In this document: positions 39,226 to 47,425 of the stretch, in pieces
How the letters are laid out: each line of letters starts with the position of its first letter
Position numbering within the stretch: position 1 is the first letter of the stretch
DNA from: Clostridia bacterium
GTDB lineage: Bacteria > Bacillota > Clostridia > Oscillospirales > CAG-272
DNA length: 64,000 bases
Assembly: GCA_017472285.1 (NCBI GenBank)
Contig: JAFUQQ010000014.1
Location: 34,372-98,371 of the forward strand
Direction: 5' to 3'
Translations under genes and position numbers: made by a program
The notes under the pieces: generated by a model
Told to the model about the DNA's origin: nothing
Seen by the model: the letters and a program-made list of their open reading frames with translations, nothing else
Databases searched by the model: none

Positions 39226-41229
39226 TTATGGTTGATAGTTCCGATAATATTCCTCTGTGATATCTTCATACGTATCAAGATCATCGGGAAAAGAGATATC
39301 AACGGTATCTCCCATTGCCTTCGGCACGATCTCAAAGGTATACGATACGGAATATTGCGAACCGTCCCGATCGTCAATGACGGAAACACGGGTGCCGAGC
39401 GTAAAACTTCTGATGTTGCCCTGTGTATCAATGGTAAGCGTTACGGGTGATTCATATGATAAAATCGGTTGGTCATATGAAAAATCATCTCCATATGTTG
39501 CGGCGATCAACTGAAGAATTTTTGATGCGTAACCGCTGATACGGGCAGATGCGGTCAGGGAACCATCTTCATTCTTTCGGAATGTCGCATTTTCTGTCAT
39601 AGATTCATCAAAAAAGATCCATTCCGCTTCATAATCCTCCAGAAAATAATCGGAAAGCATCATGACCATATAGTTTTCTCCCTCAGAGGACGTATAAAGA
39701 CGGTCATCCCGATAATAGATTTCGCTATGTACGGAAACGCCCGCAACCTTGGTATTCCTTTCCTGCGAATAAAGCGGATAATCTCTGTTCCCGCAATCCA
39801 TTTTGATATGCATATTCAAAGGAATATCGATGGAGATCAAAGACATATGCAGTCTGCTGTTTGCGGAAATTTGTATCTCATAACGCTCATGATCGAGCTT
39901 TGCGGAGGCTTCGCGGAATAGCTGAAGAAATTCTTCACGGCTTACCGTTTCCTGCGGTTTTTCGGCTTCCTCGGGCTTCTCGGTTGACTGATTTTGCTTT
40001 TCTTCTTTCGTCAGATAAACATAAGGTTCCGTTTGATATAAGAGATTTTTTCTGAAATTTTCAAGACCCATTTCTTTTTCCTCGCCTTGCATCCGATACG
40101 TTACAGGAATAAATGTCCCGTTTTGCATGATCTCACAGGAAAATTCAATCACGTAAGAATGTAAGTTCCCGTCGGCATCCAACGTGATCGCAATGTCAAC
40201 CATATCGTAATTTCTCGGTTCATGTTCCGAAACGTCATCGTTTGTCAGAAATTCGATCAAATCGATCAGGTTTTCTTTATATATCGAAAAACCAAAATTG
40301 GTGGATGCCGTTACCGTTCCGTCTTCATTCATTTCGATATGCGACCATGAAATCTCATCGTATAAACGATTCCCGAAAAGCAAAGTGAGCGCGTGACGGG
40401 GAACTTTTTCCATGAAATCCTCGGCGGAAAACGGCTTTTGTAAGCGTTCGCCGTTGCGGGAAATATAGACGGTATCATCGATGAAAATATAATAATTTTC
40501 AAAATCTTCCGTTTGGGACGATGCCGTCGAAAAATAAGAATAGAGCGGGGAAGCGTTGTCGCGGAAATCCGATTGCACGGATGTCAGGATATTGCTTTGA
40601 TAGGTAACACCGTCAATGGTCACGGTTTTCCACGTATGAAATTCCGTATTGCTATCATCTTGCTTTTCCAAAATATTCACGAGTTTTTCCGCAAATTCCG
40701 CGGCTGTCATTTTCGGAATTTCGGGAATTTGTATCACGGAAGAGGATTCTGCTTTCGTCGTTTCTGTTGTTGTGGTCTGCGCGGTCGAAGTATCCGTCGT
40801 TTCTATGATCTCATCACCGGCACGATAATCCTTCGTATCTTTAAAAGTGATCACATCGTTCTCACCTTCACCAAAAACCGTATAAACGACCGTACAGCGA
40901 TACGTTCCGTCTTCATCAATATCATAAAAATATTCATTATGGTAAGATTCCCCATCGGCATGGTAACTCTTTGTTACAACCTTTTCCCAAAAGAAAAGAA
41001 AGCCTTGTTTTTCAATTGTAACGTCAATATCGGCTCCCGTCGTATCGTGATAGCCCGTATAATCTACGGAAACTCTTGCTTTGCCATCTTCCGTGAAACC
41101 AAAACTCGTGACGGTATGCATGGTATTTTGATTGTAATTTCTGCTTGGTTCACAGGAAGCACAAGCGAATATGATAAGCATTGCCATCATTCCTGCCCAA
41201 AAAATTCTTTTGAATAATCTTTTTTTCAT
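39226..41229 (-). CDS. lipoprotein of unknown function (667 aa): shared N-domain plus two LolA/LppX-like-looking modules
   Basis: Lipobox FACASC. The N-domain NTMHTVTSFGFTEDGKARVSVDYTGY...GTYRCTVVYTV is paralogous to the 564-aa protein. A Thr-rich linker follows, then two roughly 220-aa modules starting TAAEFAEKLVNILEK and SREEFLQLFREASAKL. Confidence 0.75.
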   Translation of the reverse strand: MKKRLFKRIFWAGMMAMLIIFACASCEPSRNYNQNTMHTVTSFGFTEDGKARVSVDYTGYHDTTGADIDVTIEKQGFLFFWEKVVTKSYHADGESYHNEYFYDIDEDGTYRCTVVYTVFGEGENDVITFKDTKDYRAGDEIIETTDTSTAQTTTTETTKAESSSVIQIPEIPKMTAAEFAEKLVNILEKQDDSNTEFHTWKTVTIDGVTYQSNILTSVQSDFRDNASPLYSYFSTASSQTEDFENYYIFIDDTVYISRNGERLQKPFSAEDFMEKVPRHALTLLFGNRLYDEISWSHIEMNEDGTVTASTNFGFSIYKENLIDLIEFLTNDDVSEHEPRNYDMVDIAITLDADGNLHSYVIEFSCEIMQNGTFIPVTYRMQGEEKEMGLENFRKNLLYQTEPYVYLTKEEKQNQSTEKPEEAEKPQETVSREEFLQLFREASAKLDHERYEIQISANSRLHMSLISIDIPLNMHIKMDCGNRDYPLYSQERNTKVAGVSVHSEIYYRDDRLYTSSEGENYMVMMLSDYFLEDYEAEWIFFDESMTENATFRKNEDGSLTASARISGYASKILQLIAATYGDDFSYDQPILSYESPVTLTIDTQGNIRSFTLGTRVSVIDDRDGSQYSVSYTFEIVPKAMGDTVDISFPDDLDTYEDITEEYYRNYQP

Positions 41230-41245
41230 AATATAGCCTCTTTTC

Positions 41246-41926
41246 TTAAGATTCTTTTTTCACGGAACGAATGATCTCCATACAGATTTCATCCGATAAC
41301 GTATCTGCAACGATCAATGAATAAGCGTAATCATCATCCGTCCAATAATAACATCGTTTCTCTTTTTTATACAAAACAAAGATCTTGCAATCACCAATCT
41401 TCCGCGTTTCATATTTTGCATCTTCGTGGTCAACGGTGGTTTTTGCATCCAGAATCGTTTGTAAGAAAATGATCTGTTCTTCTTTATGATTCATCCAAAC
41501 GACCTTTACTTCACTTTGTGCAAGATAACGATCTTTCAGAATATAATCTTCAGGAATATATGCGGGTGCATAGATCATTTCGATCTGTTCGGGCGCAAGA
41601 GAAATATCCCGACTCGAAAAGAAAAATTCCGTGAAACTTCCATAGATCTTTTCAAGCCATTCCAACGCAGAGGGATATTTTGCCGCGGAGATACCGATTA
41701 CACCAAAACAAAGCAAAACTGCCGCAAGTAAGATCGCTGCCGTTCGTTTGCCGAATACCGATGTTCTTGCACTCCGTTCCTTTAAAAGCTTATCGATTTT
41801 TCGTTGATACCGCTCAGAATATTCGACCGTCCCCTCCGCTTCCTGTAAAGACTCGTAATAACTCCATTCAAAAGTACCGATCGCTTCTTCCAGACGTGTT
41901 TTGCCGATTGGTTCATGGTTTGCCAT
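41246..41926 (-). CDS. membrane-anchored anti-sigma-like protein (DUF4367-type C-terminal domain)
   Basis: A single TM segment (AAILLAAVLLCFGVIGISAA) separates a cytoplasmic N-domain from an extracytoplasmic domain ending ...YAYSLIVADTLSDEICMEIIRSV. It overlaps the sigma gene by 14 nt. Confidence 0.7.
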   Translation of the reverse strand: MANHEPIGKTRLEEAIGTFEWSYYESLQEAEGTVEYSERYQRKIDKLLKERSARTSVFGKRTAAILLAAVLLCFGVIGISAAKYPSALEWLEKIYGSFTEFFFSSRDISLAPEQIEMIYAPAYIPEDYILKDRYLAQSEVKVVWMNHKEEQIIFLQTILDAKTTVDHEDAKYETRKIGDCKIFVLYKKEKRCYYWTDDDYAYSLIVADTLSDEICMEIIRSVKKES

Positions 41927-42461
41927 GAAAACCCCTCCTTTCCAAAAGTGAAATCAATTGTTTTCTGCCGCGTGTGAAACGGGAATTGATCGTTGACTGT
42001 TTTTCATTCAGAAGCCTTGCAATCTCGGGGATAGAATGATGATAGAAAAAATATAAACTGAGTACGTCACGATAATGCGTGGGAAGTGCCGCAAAACAAG
42101 CCGTAATATCTGCAATATCCGCTTGTTCACAAAGATAAAAAAGCGCGTCTTCCGTAACGGCAAGTTCCGTTTCTTCTTCGTCATATAGCGGTATTTTCTC
42201 CCGCTGACGTAAAACAGTGATCGCTTGATTGTACGCAATCTTCATGATATATGCGCCGACCGTCCGTTCTTCCATATCATGTAAACGATCCATATTTTTC
42301 GCAACCTTAAACCACGTTTCCTGTACAGCATCTTCGGCATCCTGTTGATTTTTTAATATATACAGCGTTTTACGAAAAACACTGTCTGCATATCGATGAT
42401 AAATACGCGAAAATTCCATGCGTTGCGGTCCGCGTTCGATCACCGACAGATAAATAAGCAT
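41913..42461 (-). CDS. sigma-70 family (ECF-type) RNA polymerase sigma factor
   Basis: Region 2: DAEDAVQETWFKV. Region 4: LPTHYRDVLSLYFFYHHSIPEIARLLNEKQSTINSRFTRGRKQL. RBS AAGGGAGG lies 11 nt upstream of ATG 42461. Confidence 0.88.
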   Translation of the reverse strand: MLIYLSVIERGPQRMEFSRIYHRYADSVFRKTLYILKNQQDAEDAVQETWFKVAKNMDRLHDMEERTVGAYIMKIAYNQAITVLRQREKIPLYDEEETELAVTEDALFYLCEQADIADITACFAALPTHYRDVLSLYFFYHHSIPEIARLLNEKQSTINSRFTRGRKQLISLLERRGFHGKP

Positions 42462-42497
42462 CTGTTTTTTTGCCTCCCTTAACGGATATTTGTATCT

Positions 42498-42526
42498 ATT
42501 TTATCACAAAAAATAGATTCTCTCAA
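42498..42526 (-). promoter_or_regulatory. candidate sigma-A promoter of the sigma/anti-sigma operon, overlapped by a 9-7-9 inverted repeat
   Basis: On the minus strand: TTGAGA (42526-42521), a 17-nt spacer, then TAAAAT (42503-42498) preceded by TG. ATCTATTTT (42494-42502) and AAAATAGAT (42510-42518) form a perfect inverted repeat. Confidence 0.5.
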
Positions 42527-42685
42527 TATCGCTTTGCCTTTCTATTTATATAGACGCAAACAAACGGAAAAATAATGCAAAAGTTATAAAAGAATATTAG
42601 AAACCCCGATATGCCACAGCATATCGGGGTTCTGCTTTTATTCAATCAGAGGCACCAAACGGGAAAGTTTTTGAGGTGGGGTTAC

Positions 42686-42717
42686 GGGGAGGGGCTTTTT
42701 ACAAAAAGTCCCTCCCC
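42686..42717. repeat. 32-bp palindrome, copy B of the dispersed family (downstream of the histidine kinase gene)
   Basis: GGGGAGGGGCTTTTTA/CAAAAAGTCCCTCCCC, with flank GGGAAAGTTTTTGAGGTGGGG at 42661-42681. A second hairpin, CCCCGATATG/CATATCGGGG, lies at 42604-42629. Confidence 0.7.
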
Positions 42718-42730
42718 GCCGTATCCTCTC

Positions 42731-44635
42731 TTATTCGCTTTTCTTTAAAGGAAACGTAACGACAACTTTGAAAAGATCGCCGTCCGTCGAAATATTGATC
42801 TCACCACTTTGCAGTTCAAGCAAGCTTTTTGCAATCGGTAAGCCAAGACCGCTTCCTTCGGTGTTTCGGGATGCATCTCCGCGTACAAAACGCTCCATCA
42901 GCTCTTCGGAGGTGATTCCGAGCGGAGAGCGGGAAATATTTTTGAACGTAATCACACAAAGATCACCCTGTACCGCGGCATCCAGATAGACACGCGTTCC
43001 CGAAAGGGAATATTTGCAGATATTGCCGAGAAGATTATCAAAAACACGCCAGAGCAGATTGCCGTCCGCCGTGATGAGAATGGGTAAGGTCGAGATATAC
43101 GTGACGGCTTCCAAGCCTGCTTGCTTGAATTTTTCACAATATTCACCGATAGCTTGCTGCAATAATACGCAAATATCACATTCTTCTAAATTGACCTGAA
43201 TATTACCCGTTGACGCTTTGGAAACTTCAACGAGATCACAGATCAGCTTTTTCAACCGCAACGATTGATATTCCAGAATATTCAGATATTCCGCCGTTTT
43301 TTCATCTGCGGGGGTCTCTTTCTTCAGCAGATCAACGTAATTGATGATCGATGTCAAAGGCGTTTTGATATCGTGAGAAACGTTGGTGATGAGTTCTGTT
43401 TTCATGCGTTCGCTCTTGATCCGTTCTTCCACGGCAACACTCATGCTGTCACTGATACGGTTCAGCGTAACGGCAAAATCCTTATAATCACTGAGAAGAC
43501 TTTTCGTATCGATCTGATAAGACAGGTCACCGTTTGCGATCTGTTCACCGCCTTTTTGCAATTTTCGCAAGGACACGGCAACACAGAGGATGATGATACC
43601 CGTAATCAGATTTTTAACGATATAATAAAGGATAAAAATGTCCATATCCAAGCCAAACAGAAGGATCAGAATCAAATCCGCAAGAAAATAGAAAATGATC
43701 GCAAAGACCGTTTTCCAAATCATCGGAATAAAACGGAAGAACGCGGAAAGTTTATGAATCGACCACGCAAATATCCGATAGATCAGAAGACTTTTTCCGA
43801 TACCGCCGCATTTGATGCGCAGAGCAAAGCTGAGCGAATACATAAGCGTTACCAGATATGCAAGGACTGCCAGAAACATCAGTATGGAAATCGTCAGAAT
43901 ATGAAACGATGCATAAGTAAAGATCGCTAAGATCACGAAAACGAAGATCAGAGCGGCGATCAAATAAACGACTGTGAATACGTCAAGCGGAATTTTTTCA
44001 AGGATGCCTTTTCGGATTTCCTGTTCATCCGGATGATGTCCTACGGCAAAAAACAGGTAAACGATCAGCACAGCCAAAATACAAAAGGATACGAAAGCAA
44101 TGGCAATCATCGGATACCGCCATGAATAACCAAGCATATATAAATTCAGTTCGGAATAAAAAAGAAGATCTTCTGTGGCATCACTTGCGATGATGTATCC
44201 AGTTGCCGTCATCAATAGTTGCGTTTCTGCATCTTCGCGAGGAATGGCATTGGTAATGATATTGGAACCCTTCATGTTGACGAGATATACGTCATCCTGA
44301 TAGATTACGGCTTCACCCTGATACGTATTGGCAAACATTTCTTCCGTCTTTTCATCCGTGACGGAAAAGGCAAAATCCGTATTTTCATAATATTCCATCG
44401 GATCGGTATAAAAAAGTTGATTTTTTGAAGATTCTTCATAATAATCAAGAATACTATATAAATGCTGAAAGACCTGATCCGCATAGAAATCCTGACGGAT
44501 ACGGTTGCGGGAATGATTATAAAAATTATTGGATGCCATTAGTATGACAGCGGAAATACTGAATAAAAATACGGTGAAAAAAACGGCGGAAAGCAGAACC
44601 GCAAGGACTTTTTTATATGTTTTATATTTTTTCAT
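42731..44635 (-). CDS. multi-pass membrane sensor histidine kinase
   Basis: An N-terminal TM segment is followed by an extracytoplasmic domain of about 150 aa, at least 6 more hydrophobic helices and a HAMP-like linker. H-box ITNVSHDIKTPLTS, N-box NLLGNICKYS, G-box GSGLGLPIAKS. Confidence 0.88.
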   Translation of the reverse strand: MKKYKTYKKVLAVLLSAVFFTVFLFSISAVILMASNNFYNHSRNRIRQDFYADQVFQHLYSILDYYEESSKNQLFYTDPMEYYENTDFAFSVTDEKTEEMFANTYQGEAVIYQDDVYLVNMKGSNIITNAIPREDAETQLLMTATGYIIASDATEDLLFYSELNLYMLGYSWRYPMIAIAFVSFCILAVLIVYLFFAVGHHPDEQEIRKGILEKIPLDVFTVVYLIAALIFVFVILAIFTYASFHILTISILMFLAVLAYLVTLMYSLSFALRIKCGGIGKSLLIYRIFAWSIHKLSAFFRFIPMIWKTVFAIIFYFLADLILILLFGLDMDIFILYYIVKNLITGIIILCVAVSLRKLQKGGEQIANGDLSYQIDTKSLLSDYKDFAVTLNRISDSMSVAVEERIKSERMKTELITNVSHDIKTPLTSIINYVDLLKKETPADEKTAEYLNILEYQSLRLKKLICDLVEVSKASTGNIQVNLEECDICVLLQQAIGEYCEKFKQAGLEAVTYISTLPILITADGNLLWRVFDNLLGNICKYSLSGTRVYLDAAVQGDLCVITFKNISRSPLGITSEELMERFVRGDASRNTEGSGLGLPIAKSLLELQSGEINISTDGDLFKVVVTFPLKKSE

Positions 44636-44656
44636 GAATATTATCCCCCGTGATAT

Positions 44657-45346
44657 TTATTTTTCTATTTTATAGCCTTGTCCCCAGACGGCTTTCAAAT
44701 AACGCGGTTCAGCGGGAACGATTTCAATTTTTTCTCGGAGATGGCGGATATGTACGGCGACCGTGCCTTCCGCGCCGTAGGGATCGTCTTTCCAGATGCG
44801 TCGATAGATCTCTTTCGGTGAAAAGATCACACCCGGATTCTGTATCAGGAGTTTCAGAATTTCAAATTCCGTCGGTGTTAGCGATACCCGTTCTCCGTCA
44901 ACAGAGGCGGATTTTTCTTCCGTATCGATTACGATATTGCCATGTACGTATTTCGTTTCTTTTTCACTCGAGAATCCCCCGAGCTTCGTATATCTGCGGA
45001 GCTGTGAACGCACTCTCGCCAACAATTCTGCGGGTAAAAACGGTTTTGTGATATAATCATCCGCGCCCGCATCCAATCCTGTCAATTTATCGTTATCTTC
45101 ACTTTTTGCTGTCAGTAGAATTACAGGCACATTGGAGAGTTTACGGATATCTGCCATTGCTTGCATTCCATCCTTGACAGGCATCATGATGTCCATCAAA
45201 ACCAGATGAAAATCTTCATTTTTGACGGCTTCGACCGCTTCCTCTCCGTTGTACGCTTCTTTTGTTTGATAACCTTCCTTGGTCAGATATATTTTCAATG
45301 CGGAAACGATATCTTTTTCATCGTCGCAAATCAGAATCTTATACAT
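44657..45346 (-). CDS. OmpR/PhoB-family response regulator
   Basis: MYKILICDDE...LVLMDIMMP...ILLTAKSED.DK..GL.AGADDYITKPF, with a winged-helix C-terminus. ATG 45346 is chosen because RBS GAGGTG lies 6 nt upstream. Confidence 0.9.
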   Translation of the reverse strand: MYKILICDDEKDIVSALKIYLTKEGYQTKEAYNGEEAVEAVKNEDFHLVLMDIMMPVKDGMQAMADIRKLSNVPVILLTAKSEDNDKLTGLDAGADDYITKPFLPAELLARVRSQLRRYTKLGGFSSEKETKYVHGNIVIDTEEKSASVDGERVSLTPTEFEILKLLIQNPGVIFSPKEIYRRIWKDDPYGAEGTVAVHIRHLREKIEIVPAEPRYLKAVWGQGYKIEK

Positions 45347-45530
45347 AAAAAACACCTCGCCTTTCTTTTGCTTATTCTCATTATACAGGATATTTTCCGA
45401 AAAGAAAAGACTTTTTCGTTTAAGATTTATTTAAATCGTCAGACTTCAGCATTCAGATGCGGTAAAATTACGAGGTCGATTTTGTGCAATTTTCTATGGA
45501 ATAAAAAAATACAAAAGATGTACTTTTTTA

Positions 45531-45559
45531 TTGACTTTTTCGTGAGAAAGGTATAAAAT
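45531..45559 (+). promoter_or_regulatory. candidate his operon promoter P1
   Basis: TTGACT (45531-45536), a 17-nt spacer, then TAAAAT (45554-45559). Confidence 0.5.
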
Positions 45560-45594
45560 AGTTTCCATGATTCCAAAAAAAACAGAGAAGCCTC

Positions 45595-45623
45595 TTGACT
45601 TTCTCGTTTTAGCATGATAAAAT
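45595..45623 (+). promoter_or_regulatory. candidate his operon promoter P2
   Basis: TTGACT (45595-45600), a 17-nt spacer ending in TGA, then TAAAAT (45618-45623). It lies about 35 nt upstream of the hisZ ATG. Confidence 0.55.
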
Positions 45624-45658
45624 GTTAACAAAATTGTGAAAGGGTAAACAATCAGAAT

Positions 45659-46786
45659 ATGATACTCGATGATAAGATTCTGAAAAGCGGCGAACAGGCG
45701 GTCTTTGCCCTGCGCGCGCTTTATCAGCGTTACGGTTATATACAATTCAAAATGAGTAAATTTGAAGAATATGATTTTTATGTCCGTAACAAAGATTTTC
45801 TGGTCGGTGACGGTGTGATCACCTTCAATGATACCGACGGCAAGCTCCTTGCCCTCAAGCCTGACGTGACACTTTCCATCGTGAAAAGCAATCAGGATGA
45901 ATCCGAAACCGTCCACAAACTTTATTATAACGAAAACGTATACAGAATATCAAAAAATACGCATACCTTCAAGGAGATCATGCAGACAGGGCTTGAATAT
46001 ATCGGCAATATCGATACCTATGCCATGACGGAAGTCGTATTGCTTGCTGTGAAAAGCCTGGAAGCCGTTAGCGAAAATTATATGCTCGATCTTTCGCATC
46101 TCGGCGTACTTTCCGCATTGATGCAAACACTCTCCGTTTCAGAAAGCGACAAAAAGAAACTGATCCATTGTATCGGCGAAAAAAATCCGCATGGTGTCAG
46201 AGAAATCTGCGCGGAAGCAAATGTTCCGACAGAACTTTCCGAAAAACTCGTTGTTTTGATCGGTGCATATGGCAAACCTTCCGATGTATTGCCGAAACTT
46301 CGCGCGCTTGATGCGGGCGAAGAAGCGGAAAAAGCCATCAAAGAATTGGAAGTTATCACACAAACTCTTGAGACTGTCGGTTATGCAAACCGCATCCATA
46401 TCGATTTTTCCGTCGTCAACGATATGAATTATTATAGCGGTATCGTCTTCCGCGGTTTCATCGACGGTATCCCCGAAGGCATCCTTTCGGGCGGCCGATA
46501 CGATAAGCTGATGCGGAAAATGGGCAGCCATACGGGCGCTGTCGGTTTTGCCGTTTATCTCGATATGCTGGAACTGCTCGATACCCATGAAAAAGAATAC
46601 GATACGGATATCCTCTTGCTTTATGACGATCAGGCGGATACCTGTGAGCTCATCAAAGCCGTTTCCGTTCTTGCTAAAAACGGAACCCGTGTTCTTGCAC
46701 AAAAAATAAAACCCGAAGCGATCCGTTACAGACAGCTTCTGGCTTACAGAAACGGAGGTCTTGAAATCCTTGAAATCGGTGATTAA
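45659..46786 (+). CDS. hisZ: ATP phosphoribosyltransferase regulatory subunit (HisRS paralogue)
   Basis: It has a class II aaRS-like core without an anticodon-binding domain (ALRALYQRYGY..F....FE, LKPD.T, YY.G..F). It sits directly upstream of a short-form hisG. Confidence 0.88.
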   Translation: MILDDKILKSGEQAVFALRALYQRYGYIQFKMSKFEEYDFYVRNKDFLVGDGVITFNDTDGKLLALKPDVTLSIVKSNQDESETVHKLYYNENVYRISKNTHTFKEIMQTGLEYIGNIDTYAMTEVVLLAVKSLEAVSENYMLDLSHLGVLSALMQTLSVSESDKKKLIHCIGEKNPHGVREICAEANVPTELSEKLVVLIGAYGKPSDVLPKLRALDAGEEAEKAIKELEVITQTLETVGYANRIHIDFSVVNDMNYYSGIVFRGFIDGIPEGILSGGRYDKLMRKMGSHTGAVGFAVYLDMLELLDTHEKEYDTDILLLYDDQADTCELIKAVSVLAKNGTRVLAQKIKPEAIRYRQLLAYRNGGLEILEIGD

Positions 46787-47408
46787 CGTAGCACTCCCCA
46801 AGGGTAGATTGGGAGAAAAAGTATACGATATGTTTGAAGCGGCAGGTTTTGACTGTCCTTCCATCAAAGAAAATAACCGCAAATTGACGTTTGAAAATGA
46901 AGAAAAAGGACTTCGTTTCTTTTGGGTAAAGCCTTCTGACGTTGCGATCTACGTTGAAAGAGGTGCGGCGGATATCGGCATCGCGGGCAAGGATATTCTG
47001 CTTGAATACTGTCCCGACGTTTATGAACTTCTCGATCTCGGTATCGGCAAATGCAGAATGGCAGTCGCCGCAAAAAGCGGTTTCCGTGACAACAGAGAAA
47101 AAACTCTCCGCGTCGCAACCAAATTCACCCGTATCGCACGCGAATATTACGCGGGAAAGGGAAGAGATATCGATATCATTCACCTGAACGGCTCGATCGA
47201 ACTCGCGCCTATCCTCGGTCTTTCCGATGTGATCGTGGATATCGTGGAAACGGGAAAAACACTTCTGGAAAACGATCTCATCCCGATGGAAACCGTCGTC
47301 CCGATCAGCGCAAGACTCATTGCTAATAAAGCCAATTTTAAATTCAAAAGTGAAAAGATCGAAGCGATCGTGAATGGTCTTGCAGCAATCTCAAAACAAA
47401 ATCAATAA
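46779..47408 (+). CDS. hisG: ATP phosphoribosyltransferase, short form (start uncertain; GTG 46779 overlaps the hisZ stop)
   Basis: INVALPKGRL, DVAIYVERGAADIGIAG.D and VATKF..IA..Y blocks. Confidence 0.9.
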   Translation: MINVALPKGRLGEKVYDMFEAAGFDCPSIKENNRKLTFENEEKGLRFFWVKPSDVAIYVERGAADIGIAGKDILLEYCPDVYELLDLGIGKCRMAVAAKSGFRDNREKTLRVATKFTRIAREYYAGKGRDIDIIHLNGSIELAPILGLSDVIVDIVETGKTLLENDLIPMETVVPISARLIANKANFKFKSEKIEAIVNGLAAISKQNQ

Positions 47409-47425
47409 AAAGGAATCCGATCATT

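Noticed and set aside
42675-42695. G-quadruplex formation by the GGTGGGG-TTAC-GGGG-A-GGGG tract and related G-tract motifs.
   Set aside because: Only this one copy has four usable G-runs. In the other copies the tracts are better explained as arms of hairpins or palindromes. This was kept only as a motif observation, not as a G4 claim.
45356-45658. A possible T-box riboswitch or His-leader-peptide attenuator upstream of the his operon.
   Set aside because: No specifier-loop/AGAGA/GNUGGUA-type T-box motifs, no run of His codons and no terminator/antiterminator pair were visible. Only two promoter-like elements were found. A covariance-model scan would be the definitive check.
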